Assembly: GCA_003660975.1 (NCBI GenBank)
Contig: QMVG01000003.1
Coordinates: 32,001 to 96,000 of the forward strand
Origin: Candidatus Micrarchaeota archaeon
Lineage (GTDB): Archaea; B1Sed10-29; B47-G15
DNA length: 64,000 nucleotides
Direction of reading: 5' to 3'
Position 1 is the stretch's first letter, and each line of letters starts with the position of its first letter. The notes under the pieces were generated by a model. It ran no database searches and had not been told where the DNA came from. It was given only the letters and a program-made list of their open reading frames with translations. The position numbers and the translations under genes were made by a program. Below are positions 39,658-49,006 of the stretch, one piece after another.

Positions 39658-40122
39658 ATGAAGTTATCTGTACCCTCTTTCGGCATCGCAAACAAGAAAG
39701 CCATTTTAGCCCTGATTTTAGCCATTGCAGTTATTTCCGTTATAATCTACTTCACGCCTTTTAGCACTAGCACAGACATTGTGCTTTATTTTGACAAGGC
39801 CACTGTTAAGGCAGGGGAATCAAGCAAGCTCTTTTTAGAGCTTAACAACAATTTAGGCAAGGACATGAAATACATATACATTGCTGTCACTCCAATAGAC
39901 CCAAACACAATAACAGTGCCAAGCAATACTATAGAATTACATCAGGCAAACTTCGGCATGGACGAGAAAAGGAAATTTGACTTTGACGTTTTCGTGAGTG
40001 ATACTGCTATAGAAGGATCTTATTCTTTGAATGTTGTGGTAATTATGGATGCAGATGCTTTGAATCTTCAAAACCCAGACTTTAAAGAAGAGAGGAGAAT
40101 TAAGTTGGAGGTTAAGAGGTAA
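39658..40122 (+). CDS. Membrane-anchored Ig-like protein
   Basis: N-terminal TM helix, beta-rich body, GSYSLNV. Confidence 0.65.
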   Translation: MKLSVPSFGIANKKAILALILAIAVISVIIYFTPFSTSTDIVLYFDKATVKAGESSKLFLELNNNLGKDMKYIYIAVTPIDPNTITVPSNTIELHQANFGMDEKRKFDFDVFVSDTAIEGSYSLNVVVIMDADALNLQNPDFKEERRIKLEVKR

Positions 40123-40127
40123 TTAAT

Positions 40128-40307
40128 ATGGACGGTAATTTTGATATAGAAATGACCCACAAGATTGATAAGGAGCTGGCAGAGCTTCTGTATAAGGCAT
40201 ACAACAAAACAGCAGTTGAGCTAAGCAGACTTTGCTTTGAATACAATAAAACACCTGAAGAGGTGCTTGAGGTATTCAAGAAACTTAGGGACGGCATTTT
40301 GGATTAG
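40128..40307 (+). CDS. Putative 59-aa helical protein
   Basis: GAGGT RBS; hand translation MDGNFDIEMTHK...RDGILD; not in the ORF track. Confidence 0.55.
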   Translation: MDGNFDIEMTHKIDKELAELLYKAYNKTAVELSRLCFEYNKTPEEVLEVFKKLRDGILD

Positions 40308-40537
40308 AGATGGAGCGCTTTTATCAGCTTTTCCTCATCAAAGCCAACAACTATAACGCCGTCCACGTCAATTACAGGAACTCCCCTTTGGCCACTTTTT
40401 TGTTCTAGTTCTCTTATTCTTTCAGGTTCTTTTGATAGGTCAACTTCATCAAACCTTATGTCGTTTTCTTTTAGAAATTGTTTGACTTTTTCACACCATT
40501 CTGAGTTTGGAGCAGTGTAAACCACAACACGCGTCAT
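40304..40537 (-). CDS. Glutaredoxin/NrdH-like protein with SxxC active site
   Basis: VYTAPNSEWC, SGQRGVPVI, VGFD. Confidence 0.88.
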   Translation of the reverse strand: MTRVVVYTAPNSEWCEKVKQFLKENDIRFDEVDLSKEPERIRELEQKSGQRGVPVIDVDGVIVVGFDEEKLIKALHL

Positions 40538-40686
40538 CAGCGAATACCTCCTGAATCTTCTTAGAATTTGAAATTTACTTAATAATGCTTAATATAGTTT
40601 TCGCTGTCAGCTTCTGTTAACTTGTCATTGGCGAGATAAGAAATAAAAATCTTGAACTTGTAGAAATGAAAAAATTAATAAACTTT

Positions 40687-40762
40687 TCATAACATACTAA
40701 ATATATGAAATTAGCCAAAAAGATTACCTTCGACAACTTCTTATATTCCCGGAACGTTAGCA
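40687..40762 (+). repeat. attC-like imperfect palindrome (upstream)
   Basis: TCATAAC-5nt-AAATATATGAAATT ... AACTTCTTATATT ... GTTAGCA. Confidence 0.5.
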
Positions 40763-40823
40763 GAAATTGCCCTCAGCCTACGTTTTAATAAGATTTAAAT
40801 AAAATATCTCTTTAATTGAATTT

Positions 40824-41387
40824 ATGACAAAGTTATTTGATGAAGTTAAACAGTTTGTTAAGGAATCCTTTGAAGAGTGTGGATATAAGGAACATATAAA
40901 ACATCTTGAAAGAACTGTTTATTGGGTGAAAAAATTAAAACCAAATGCGGACGAAGCACTTTTGATTGCAGCAATTTCGCATGATATAGGAACTGCCCAT
41001 AGGTGGAAGAAAATACAAAAAGAACTTCATCAGATGAAATTTACAGATAAAGAACTTATTGAAAAACATCAGAAAGAATGCGCAAGAATTATTGAAGAAT
41101 TTTTAAGGAAACAAGGTGCGAATCCGGAGATAATTGATAGAGTAAAAATGCTGGTTTCAAAGCATGAAGAAGGGGGAAATGCGGATCAAAATTTATTAAA
41201 AGACGCGGACAGTATTAGCTTTTTTGAAAATAACATCCCAGTTTTTCTGAATATGGCAAAGAAAATCGGAAAGGGAAAGGTAAAACAAAAATTTGATTGG
41301 ATGTATAATAGAATGACCTCAGAAAAAGCACGACGAATTGTCAAGAAATGGTATGATAAAGCAATTAAGGATTTAAGAAATGTTTGA
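40824..41387 (+). CDS. HD-domain protein (DUF4202-like), AT-rich
   Basis: H...AAISHDIG...H...KHE...DADSISFF. Confidence 0.85.
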   Translation: MTKLFDEVKQFVKESFEECGYKEHIKHLERTVYWVKKLKPNADEALLIAAISHDIGTAHRWKKIQKELHQMKFTDKELIEKHQKECARIIEEFLRKQGANPEIIDRVKMLVSKHEEGGNADQNLLKDADSISFFENNIPVFLNMAKKIGKGKVKQKFDWMYNRMTSEKARRIVKKWYDKAIKDLRNV

Positions 41388-41456
41388 ATTTTAGCGGGCT
41401 TCAGGCAGCTCTTCGCAATCCTTCGGATTGCTTAACCACTCCAAGTATTCGCGGGG

Positions 41457-41546
41457 ACTTAACAGCGGATAAACGATTTCGCTACGCTACATCCAAACCC
41501 ACTTCGTGGGCTTATTCGCAATTGTTTAACCAACAATAAGTTAACA
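41457..41546 (+). repeat. attC-like imperfect palindrome (downstream)
   Basis: ACTTAAC...GATAAACGATT-TCGCTACGC...CCCAC-TTC-GTGGG...AATTGTTTAAC...GTTAACA. Confidence 0.5.
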
Positions 41547-41614
41547 GAAGATACTGCCCGATACTTTTTTATTTACAGGAGCTTTATCCATAACATATAT
41601 GGGGATGGTAGGCC

Positions 41615-41734
41615 ATGACTCCGGCTGAGGTTATAATATTTCTCTGTATGCTTGTGATTGTAGGAGCTATCGTTGTCATAATCTTAGCATGGCAATTCTA
41701 CAAAGAGGCCCACAGTGTTGAAACAGCTAAATAA
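41615..41734 (+). CDS. Putative 39-aa single-TM protein
   Basis: Hand translation MTPAEVIIFLCMLVIVGAIVVIILAWQFYKEAHSVETAK. Confidence 0.5.
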   Translation: MTPAEVIIFLCMLVIVGAIVVIILAWQFYKEAHSVETAK

Positions 41735-43178
41735 GCGCTTCTTTTAGCTTTTCTATCCTGACCCTTTTTTGCTTTGTGCTGTCCCTATCTCTTATTGTTA
41801 CAGTGTTGTCTTTTAATGTGTCATAATCTATTGTTATCCCAAAAGGTATCCCTATCTCATCTGCCCTTGCGTATCTTCTTCCTATACTTCCACTGCTGTC
41901 ATAGAACAGTTCTGTGTCTTTTTTCAGTGCTTCATAAATTTCAAGAGCTTTTTCATCTATCCCATTCTTATTTACTAATGGATAAACAGCTGCTATATAA
42001 GGAGCCACCTGCTTTGGCAGGGCAAAATATTTTCTCTTTTCCTCCTCTCTGTAAAAGCTGTCAAGCAATAAAAAGAGCATTCTGTCTATGCCAAAAGTAA
42101 GCTCTACGACATGTGGGATGAATTTAACTCCTCCCTTGTTTATCTCCATTTTTTCTCCAGAATATTTTTGGTGCCTGCTTAAATCATAGTCTGTTCTGTA
42201 ATGGCAAGCAGCCACTTCCTTGTATTCGCTGTAAGAGTTGAACCAAACCTCTAAGTCAAAGTGGTACTTATTGTAAAACGCCTTTTCCTCCTCGTTCTTT
42301 TCCCAAAACCTCATTTTTTCAATACCAAGACCCTGAAAGAACTCCAAAATTTTTGCCATGTAATAGACATATCTTTTCCCATATCCCATTGCTACTAATT
42401 CTGAGGCCTTCATTTTCTTAATCCCTTCTTTTCTTTTTTCAGCCAATACTACAGGCATTTCAAGATTTCTGATAGAATCAAAGTCAGGATGCTCCTTAAT
42501 GTCTTCTGGTCTTATGAAGATTTGCAGTTCTGCTTGTGTGAATTCCCTCATTCTGAACAGGCCCTGCCTCGGGCTTATCTCGTTCCTAAAAGCTTTACCC
42601 ACGATTGCTAAACCAAGAGGAATCCTTTCCCTGTTTACTTTATATTCTCTCTTAAAGTTCACATAACTTCCTTGAGCTGTTTCTGGCCTCAAGAAAGCTT
42701 TTACACCACTGTTAAAACCAACCTCGAAGGAGAACATCAGATTTATATGAGCAGTGTTGCTGAGCTCTCCACCACATTTTAGGCATTTTATTTTGTGCTT
42801 TTTTATGATTCCATCCATTTCCTTCTCGGACAAGCCTTCAAAAGATTCATTTAGTATTGACTCTAACAATTCATCAGCCCTGTACCGCATTTTGCATTTT
42901 TTACACACGACCACCGGGTCTGTAAAGTGTTGAAGATGGCCACTGGCTTTCCAAACTTTTTCTGGCATTATTTCAGATGGCTGAATTTCGTGGATATTTT
43001 CCTCTATTTTTAAAAAGTACGAGCGCCAGTAATTCTCTAACCTTCTTTTTATCCTACTTCCAATGCTTCCATAATCATAAAAACCAGCAAACGCGCCATA
43101 TATTTCTGAAGACGGGTAGAATATCCCCCTCTTTAGACATATCTCCATTATTTTATCATATCTTGATTTGTCCTGCAT
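41727..43178 (-). CDS. glyS: Glycine--tRNA ligase (alpha2 type)
   Basis: EIYG...YDYG, ASGH, LRPETAQG, FRNEISPRQGLFRMREFTQAE, GSIGRRYARADEIG. Confidence 0.97.
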   Translation of the reverse strand: MQDKSRYDKIMEICLKRGIFYPSSEIYGAFAGFYDYGSIGSRIKRRLENYWRSYFLKIEENIHEIQPSEIMPEKVWKASGHLQHFTDPVVVCKKCKMRYRADELLESILNESFEGLSEKEMDGIIKKHKIKCLKCGGELSNTAHINLMFSFEVGFNSGVKAFLRPETAQGSYVNFKREYKVNRERIPLGLAIVGKAFRNEISPRQGLFRMREFTQAELQIFIRPEDIKEHPDFDSIRNLEMPVVLAEKRKEGIKKMKASELVAMGYGKRYVYYMAKILEFFQGLGIEKMRFWEKNEEEKAFYNKYHFDLEVWFNSYSEYKEVAACHYRTDYDLSRHQKYSGEKMEINKGGVKFIPHVVELTFGIDRMLFLLLDSFYREEEKRKYFALPKQVAPYIAAVYPLVNKNGIDEKALEIYEALKKDTELFYDSSGSIGRRYARADEIGIPFGITIDYDTLKDNTVTIRDRDSTKQKRVRIEKLKEALI

Positions 43179-43182
43179 ATAA

Positions 43183-43659
43183 TCACTTTCTTTCAGCTAC
43201 TACGAGCAGGTCCTTTTCTTTGTCTCCTATCTCTTTCTTAATTAATACTCTTATTTTATTAAGCTTTGCTAGTTCATCTGAAAAGCGCAACGGGACAGAG
43301 ACCACTAAAATACCTTCTCTTCTGGCAAAGGCAGTTATGTCATAATCAACAAGATGCAAGGCATCTATGCAGAAAACAAAATCAAATGTCTTTTTTAATG
43401 CAGGTTTGCTGCTTATGATGTAATTAATCCCTTTGACCTTTTTTATGCTCTCATCTATGTCTATACCAACTATTTCTTTGAAATTATATCCCTTTTTTCT
43501 TAGATACTCTTCCAGCCAAGCAGGGCCTATGCCAATGTCAAGCATTGTTTTTTTACTTGCATCTTCTAACAAGTTAAGCTTTTCCAGCTCCGCAGTTATC
43601 TCTTTGTATTTTGCTATCTGCTTTTCTTTCCAAGAATTATAGATATGCCTGCTGAACAT
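43183..43659 (-). CDS. Class I SAM-dependent methyltransferase
   Basis: LDIGIGP, VGIDID, FDFVFC. Confidence 0.8.
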   Translation of the reverse strand: MFSRHIYNSWKEKQIAKYKEITAELEKLNLLEDASKKTMLDIGIGPAWLEEYLRKKGYNFKEIVGIDIDESIKKVKGINYIISSKPALKKTFDFVFCIDALHLVDYDITAFARREGILVVSVPLRFSDELAKLNKIRVLIKKEIGDKEKDLLVVAERK

Positions 43660-43664
43660 ATGTA

Positions 43665-44648
43665 TCAGTCAATGCCAGTTTTTGTCCTGCAGTAGGCCAT
43701 ACCAAGCTGAGGAGTATACCACTCGCAGTTCTCTTCCTGCTCGCACTGTGTTTTTAACGTTAATGCCCTGCATAAATCAACAGCTTTTGATGTGCTGTTG
43801 CTTGCACCAAAGTTATCAGTTACTGTAAGGCTCACATCATAGGTTCCCAGGGAGGCATAGGTCTGCTCAACCTCCTTTCCAATAACACCGATTCCTCCAC
43901 TTTCTGTTTCAATGTTCCACAAAAATTGTTCATCGCTCCAATCGCTTATGTCCTCGTCGTCTCTGACCGATGCAACAAAATAGCATGTATATGAAGCATC
44001 CGAGCCTATTTTCATGCATAAATGGGAAAAGTCCACTATAGGAACTTTGTTATATTTACATTCAGAACTGTCAAAATGACAATTGGCATCACATCTAAGC
44101 GTCCCTTTGTCATAACCCAAGCTCTGGCAGCTTTGGCCGTTTAGGTCTTCACCATCACAGTCCTCTCCCTCTTCTGCAACACCGTTTCCACAGATTGCTT
44201 TATGCACTTCTTCTACACATTGTCCGTTCTGGCATACCTGCCCTGGAGGGCATCCACAGTCCTGAGGACAGTTTTCACAGTTTTCAGTAGCTTCACAAAT
44301 GCTATTTCCGCACTGTGGAGTCACTTGTCCTCCGCTTTCCACCCCAACACCTATCATATTTACCTTTCCCTCTTTGCAAAGCTGACAAGCTACACCGCAA
44401 CCTGCTTCATGACTCTGGATGTCTCTGCCTTGTGCATCTATACAAGCATCCTCACAGAAAGGGCAATCAGAGGCTCCAGTAAGGAGCTGCGATAGGCATT
44501 GGCTTGCCGCTGCTTTGCATTTGTTTAAATCACCAGCAGTTTTTTGTGTCCCAAAAGCACCAAGCGTGAACATAATTACTACTGCTGAAATACCAAGAAC
44601 AACTGTTATTAACACGAGGTATTCTAATGAGCCTTGCGCTCTTTTCAT
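43665..44648 (-). CDS. Class III signal peptide (type IV pilin-like) protein, Cys-rich with PKD domain
   Basis: MKRAQGSLEYL plus hydrophobic helix; CGN...E-C repeats; GTYDVSLTVTDNFG. Confidence 0.85.
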   Translation of the reverse strand: MKRAQGSLEYLVLITVVLGISAVVIMFTLGAFGTQKTAGDLNKCKAAASQCLSQLLTGASDCPFCEDACIDAQGRDIQSHEAGCGVACQLCKEGKVNMIGVGVESGGQVTPQCGNSICEATENCENCPQDCGCPPGQVCQNGQCVEEVHKAICGNGVAEEGEDCDGEDLNGQSCQSLGYDKGTLRCDANCHFDSSECKYNKVPIVDFSHLCMKIGSDASYTCYFVASVRDDEDISDWSDEQFLWNIETESGGIGVIGKEVEQTYASLGTYDVSLTVTDNFGASNSTSKAVDLCRALTLKTQCEQEENCEWYTPQLGMAYCRTKTGID

Positions 44649-44731
44649 GGTTAAGATTAGTATCTTAATGTATTTAAAGAATTGTGCTATTCAGGCAAAT
44701 TCTTTTAAATCTGCAATGCCTTTTCAAGAGC

Positions 44732-45157
44732 ATGAAGACTCTTTTCTGCCCTGAGTGTAATTATCCGTTAACAGTCGTTCTTAAAGGCGATAAAATAGAC
44801 GAATGGAAGATATGCCCAAAGTGTTCTGTCCCTTCTTATGTTATAGTAACCCCTACAGGAAGATCTAGTGTGATATCTCTTGCCGAAATAGTGAGGGACA
44901 TGAGGGCGCACAAATACGCAATCAACGCTTTGCTTTATATACTTAAGAATGGTGGAGCATGGCTAGATGATTTGCAATTTAATGTAGGCAAACTTGTTGA
45001 GGAAGATTTAAGTCTTTTAGTGGATTTGCACGTTCTTGAAAGCAGCAGGGCAGGGAAGTTTTTTTCTATACCTGACTTCTTAAAGAAAGCTTTGGCTGTT
45101 CAGCTGATAAAATATGTGAACAAGCCAGAGCAGTGGCTCAAGGAATTAGCATGGTAG
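44732..45157 (+). CDS. Zinc-ribbon plus winged-helix-like protein
   Basis: CPEC...CPKC followed by ALLYILKNG...LVDLHVLE. Confidence 0.65.
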   Translation: MKTLFCPECNYPLTVVLKGDKIDEWKICPKCSVPSYVIVTPTGRSSVISLAEIVRDMRAHKYAINALLYILKNGGAWLDDLQFNVGKLVEEDLSLLVDLHVLESSRAGKFFSIPDFLKKALAVQLIKYVNKPEQWLKELAW

Positions 45158-45193
45158 AAAGATTTATTAATTGACTGTCTCTATCTTATAGTG

Positions 45194-45931
45194 ATGAAAG
45201 CTCAAAGCTCCTTGGAATATCTGGTGATTGTTGCAGTTGTTTTAGGCATTGTTGCAGCTGTTTCTTATTTCATGTTGAGTCCAGTGCCTGGCTTTCAAAA
45301 AAGCGGTTCTATTTCCATATGTAGGCAGGCAGCCATAGAGTGCTATGCAAAAAAGCAGGTAAACCCAGAAGACCCATGCAAAAACTGTGACTCTGCCTGT
45401 TTGGATTCATCTGGCAATGAGCTTTTTGAAGGTGCTTTAAGGTGTTGCAAAGCCGGGAGGAGTTCTGCAATATATGAGGGCAGTCAGGAAAACTGTATGG
45501 AATCGCCTATTGCTGATTTTACATATGATTGTCAGGAAAATAGCGAAGGCATAACTGAATGTGATTTTGATGCGACAAGCAGTTATGACACTGATGGATA
45601 TATCCAAACATATAGTTGGCAGGTTGATTTCTTAGATAGCGATAGGAATAGTTATAGGGCAACAGGGCCGTATATTTCACTTGCCTTGGAGGGAGGAAGG
45701 AATAGGGTTACTCTTACAGTCACAGACAATGATGGTCTAAGCGCTTCGAAATCTGAAGAGATTACAGGAAGTTATGGAAAGTTATCGCAGTGTTCACTGT
45801 ATTTGACGCGAGAGGAATGCCAAAGTGACCCTGATTGCAAGTGGTGTGACTTTACTGGCACACAATTTGATTACTGTACTTATTCCAGTTACTCATGTGA
45901 GTATGGGTCTCGACCACCATTGCTTCCCTAA
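45194..45931 (+). CDS. Class III signal peptide (type IV pilin-like) protein with PKD domain
   Basis: MKAQSSLEYL plus hydrophobic helix; PIADF, FDATSSYDTDG, VTLTVTDNDG. Confidence 0.85.
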   Translation: MKAQSSLEYLVIVAVVLGIVAAVSYFMLSPVPGFQKSGSISICRQAAIECYAKKQVNPEDPCKNCDSACLDSSGNELFEGALRCCKAGRSSAIYEGSQENCMESPIADFTYDCQENSEGITECDFDATSSYDTDGYIQTYSWQVDFLDSDRNSYRATGPYISLALEGGRNRVTLTVTDNDGLSASKSEEITGSYGKLSQCSLYLTREECQSDPDCKWCDFTGTQFDYCTYSSYSCEYGSRPPLLP

Positions 45932-46037
45932 ATTCCTCTGAGAATTTTAAACAGGAATATTATTATTTTTGTAATATTATTACAGGAATAATCAACAACG
46001 AAAGTTTTATAAATGATTTTTTCTTATTTTTTTCACA

Positions 46038-46517
46038 ATGGCATTTTTAACAGAGATCATCAGTAAGTATGAAGAAGAGGCGAGGAGAAAAATAGAGGAA
46101 GCCAAAGAGTACAACAAAAGAAACAGGCCTGATGAAAGTATTTTCTTTGAATCGCCAAGAAGGAAGGCTGCTAGATATGAAACTGGCAAATCATACTCAC
46201 CCCATGGCACAGGTGGAGGTACTGACGGAATATTTCTAAACTCACCTGTCCCTGCCTGCGACACTCAAAGTCAGGCCTCCACCGTGTCAAGACTTGAAAG
46301 AAAATTGAGCAATAAGCAAGGCATTTTAGCCATAGCAGAGGAAGCAATGTATGTTTCAGAACAGATTAAGAAAGATATGGAAAGCCAGGCAGAGCAGCCA
46401 GTTGCTGAAAACAGATTAGCTACAGGCAACAAGGGTCTGATCGAAAGGATTAGGTTTTTGGAGCAGGAAAATGAGAGATTGAGGGCAGAGTTAGAGAGGA
46501 TTAAAAACAACCAATAA
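46038..46517 (+). CDS. Hypothetical coiled-coil protein
   Basis: 159-aa ORF with terminal coiled coils. Confidence 0.55.
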   Translation: MAFLTEIISKYEEEARRKIEEAKEYNKRNRPDESIFFESPRRKAARYETGKSYSPHGTGGGTDGIFLNSPVPACDTQSQASTVSRLERKLSNKQGILAIAEEAMYVSEQIKKDMESQAEQPVAENRLATGNKGLIERIRFLEQENERLRAELERIKNNQ

Positions 46518-46542
46518 AAAGATTAAAGTTCCATATTTAAAC

Positions 46543-46839
46543 ATGGCTCTACAGATTCTGGGCTTTCTAAATGATGAGAGATTAAAGCATCTAGTGATAT
46601 TTTTACTGATTCTTTTAGCTGCTGTTGCCATAATAACTGCCATTGTATATCCCCGTATTGAAGAAAGAAAAATAACATATGGTCCAGACAGCTACACGTT
46701 TTACAGAGGTTATTGTGAGTCAAGGACATCTGAGTGTTATAATATACACAGAGAAAATCCGAATTATGATTGTTCGTTTAGATGCCAGGTTTGCCTGAGA
46801 GTGGGCGAGACAGCATATAACAATTGCATTAATGCCTAA
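46543..46839 (+). CDS. Small TM protein with the Cys motif of the neighbouring pilin-like proteins
   Basis: TM helix then CESRTSEC...NPNYDCSFRCQVC. Confidence 0.65.
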   Translation: MALQILGFLNDERLKHLVIFLLILLAAVAIITAIVYPRIEERKITYGPDSYTFYRGYCESRTSECYNIHRENPNYDCSFRCQVCLRVGETAYNNCINA

Positions 46840-46843
46840 TTGA

Positions 46844-46915
46844 TGGACCTGGGGGGATTTGAACCCCCGACCTCTCGCGTGCGAAGCGAGCGATCTACCG
46901 CTGATCTACAGGCCC
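46844..46915 (-). tRNA. tRNA-Ala(CGC)
   Basis: Reverse complement GGGCCTG...CAGGTCCA with G3:U70 pair; anticodon arm CTCGC-TT-CGC-AC-GCGAG. Confidence 0.95.
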
Positions 46916-46967
46916 TAAAACAGAATGTTTATTATTTTAAGAGCTTAATAAAATAATGGGTGGTGTG

Positions 46968-47456
46968 ATGGACATAGAGGTTGTTAACATTGACAGGCCT
47001 GACAAGGCAGAGGTTATTATAGGTCAGGGCAATTTTTCCCTTAAGACCATAGACAATTTATATGATTCGATAGTTTCAAGCACGCCAGGTGTCAAATTTG
47101 GAGTTGCTATGAACGAGGCAAGTGAGAGAATTGTGAGGATAACGGGGAATGATGAGGAACTTGTTAACAAAGCTGCTGAAACAGTTAGAAAAATAGGGGC
47201 TGGTCATGTTTTCGTAGCTTTTGTTAGGGAAGCCTTCCCTATGCACGTTTTGCCAAGTATAAGGGCAATACCAACCGTCTGTAACATTTATGTAGCTACG
47301 AGTAATCCCTTGCAGGTTGTGGTAGGAATAACAGATTTAGGAAGGTCAGTTTTGGGAGTAGTTGATGGTCCTGTCGTAGATAAAATAGAGGAAAAGGAAG
47401 ATATTAAGAAAAGAAAGGAGATTCTCAAAAAAATAGGTTTAATGCCTGAAGAGTGA
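46968..47456 (+). CDS. Adenosine-specific kinase family protein (DUF355)
   Basis: IIGQGNF, KFGVAMNEAS, IGAGHVF, ATSNPLQV, GVVDG. Confidence 0.88.
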   Translation: MDIEVVNIDRPDKAEVIIGQGNFSLKTIDNLYDSIVSSTPGVKFGVAMNEASERIVRITGNDEELVNKAAETVRKIGAGHVFVAFVREAFPMHVLPSIRAIPTVCNIYVATSNPLQVVVGITDLGRSVLGVVDGPVVDKIEEKEDIKKRKEILKKIGLMPEE

Positions 47457-47460
47457 GTGA

Positions 47461-48195
47461 ATGAAAAGAGGGGAGCACAAAGGGGAAAACGGATATGTTA
47501 TGATAGTAGCAGCAGACCCCCTTTATGTGGGTGCTCCTGCTCTCTCTGCCTTGGCTGCCTTGAGGTCTGGTTGTGATTTAGCTGTAATCGCTGCTCCAGA
47601 GAAGATGGCATATGCTATAAATGCCATTTCACCAGATATTGTTACCATTAAATTAAAAGGAGATTATTTGAAAACCTCCCATATAAAAGATATCCTCCAG
47701 AGTGTTCACTTTGATGTTTTGCTTATAGGTCCTGGTCTTGGTAGAAGGAAGGCATCCCTCGATGCTGCCAGCACACTCATGAAGTGGCAAGGTCCAAAAG
47801 TGATAGACGCTACTGCTATTGATGTAATGCCAGAAGGATGTGGGAATTGTGTTATAACACCACATCAGGAGGAGTATAGAAGAAACTTTGGGAATTTTGA
47901 TATAAAAAGGGTCGCAAGAGAGGATTTTGTGGTGCTGAGAAAGGGAAAGATAGATGAAGTCAGTGATGGCAAGCGCTTGTTTAAGAACAAGACAGGGAAT
48001 AATGCCATGACAGTGGGAGGCACTGGTGATGTTCTTGCTGGCTTAGTTGCAGGTTTCATAGCACAGGGATATCCTCTTTATGAAGCAGCATGCAAGGCCG
48101 CATTCCTAAATGGCAAGGCTGGAGAAAGGGCTTTTAAGAAACATGGCTATAGCTTGCTGGCATCTGACCTTTTAGATGAAATTATTGTAAAGTGA
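47461..48195 (+). CDS. nnrD: ADP/ATP-dependent NAD(P)H-hydrate dehydratase
   Basis: HKGENG, GPGLG, ITPHQEE, TVGGTGDVLAG. Confidence 0.9.
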   Translation: MKRGEHKGENGYVMIVAADPLYVGAPALSALAALRSGCDLAVIAAPEKMAYAINAISPDIVTIKLKGDYLKTSHIKDILQSVHFDVLLIGPGLGRRKASLDAASTLMKWQGPKVIDATAIDVMPEGCGNCVITPHQEEYRRNFGNFDIKRVAREDFVVLRKGKIDEVSDGKRLFKNKTGNNAMTVGGTGDVLAGLVAGFIAQGYPLYEAACKAAFLNGKAGERAFKKHGYSLLASDLLDEIIVK

Positions 48196-48230
48196 AAAGT
48201 TTATAAAAGATAATTGCAGTAATTTAGTCT

Positions 48231-48446
48231 ATGATATCAATCGGAAAGGCGATAAATGATTTTATAACTGGCCTACAGCACACTATCATGTTTTTCATAA
48301 CGCTATTTCTTTTCATTTTCGTGGTTGGAGAATGGTACGGCGTTACTTACAGGCATATGCCAATGTTTTGGTGGCCTGTTTATTTGTTAATAATAGCACT
48401 GGTCGTTTACATAATCCTTGACTTGCAAAAGGAAGCTAAGAAGTGA
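48231..48446 (+). CDS. Small two-TM protein
   Basis: Two hydrophobic helices; upstream TTATAAA. Confidence 0.55.
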   Translation: MISIGKAINDFITGLQHTIMFFITLFLFIFVVGEWYGVTYRHMPMFWWPVYLLIIALVVYIILDLQKEAKK

Positions 48447-48450
48447 TGTT

Positions 48451-48798
48451 GTGGCTGGTTCAGAAGAGAATAAGCACTATGAGATAGCAGATGAAGTACT
48501 CGAAAATATATTTCTTGAAAGCGTTCAAAACTTGTTTCTAGAGAAGGACATAGTTAGAAAGATAGAGGACAGGATAAGGCAGAAGACCATACAGATACTA
48601 GAGGTCTTCCCAGACGTTGATTTTGACTGGCTTTTATACGCCTTTGAACAGGACGATGAGGAAGCTGTTATTGAGGCTTTGGGAAAGGAGCCAAGTCAGG
48701 AGGAGTTCGATTTTCTTGTGCAGCAATTGGACTCAATAAATGCCCTAAATTTTTTGAGGCAGATGGCTCTTGAGAGGGAAAAAAGAGTAAAGAAATAA
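48451..48798 (+). CDS. Hypothetical acidic helical protein
   Basis: Open frame, coding-like composition; start uncertain. Confidence 0.55.
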   Translation: MAGSEENKHYEIADEVLENIFLESVQNLFLEKDIVRKIEDRIRQKTIQILEVFPDVDFDWLLYAFEQDDEEAVIEALGKEPSQEEFDFLVQQLDSINALNFLRQMALEREKRVKK

Positions 48799-48822
48799 AC
48801 TTATACCCCTTTTTGCATAATA

Positions 48823-48890
48823 GCTCTGCTGCGATGAAGACACCAGGCTCTCTGAGCTACCAGCTGTGAAGAAGATTTTGAGTGCAGAGC
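48823..48890 (+). ncRNA. Candidate C/D-box-like small RNA
   Basis: Terminal stem GCTCTGC/GCAGAGC enclosing ATGAAGA, CTGA, GTGAAGA and TTGA. Confidence 0.3.
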
Positions 48891-49006
48891 AGCGAGAACC
48901 TACGCCAGTAAGATTGACATTACAATTATTGTTCTTTTTATAATTTACAAAGAAAGTTCTTTTTTCATACGTATGAAATTAAATAATAGAAAAAGTTAAT
49001 AATATT

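Noticed and set aside
40304-40537. Selenocysteine in the glutaredoxin active site
   Set aside because: The first position of SEWC is TCA (Ser), not TGA.
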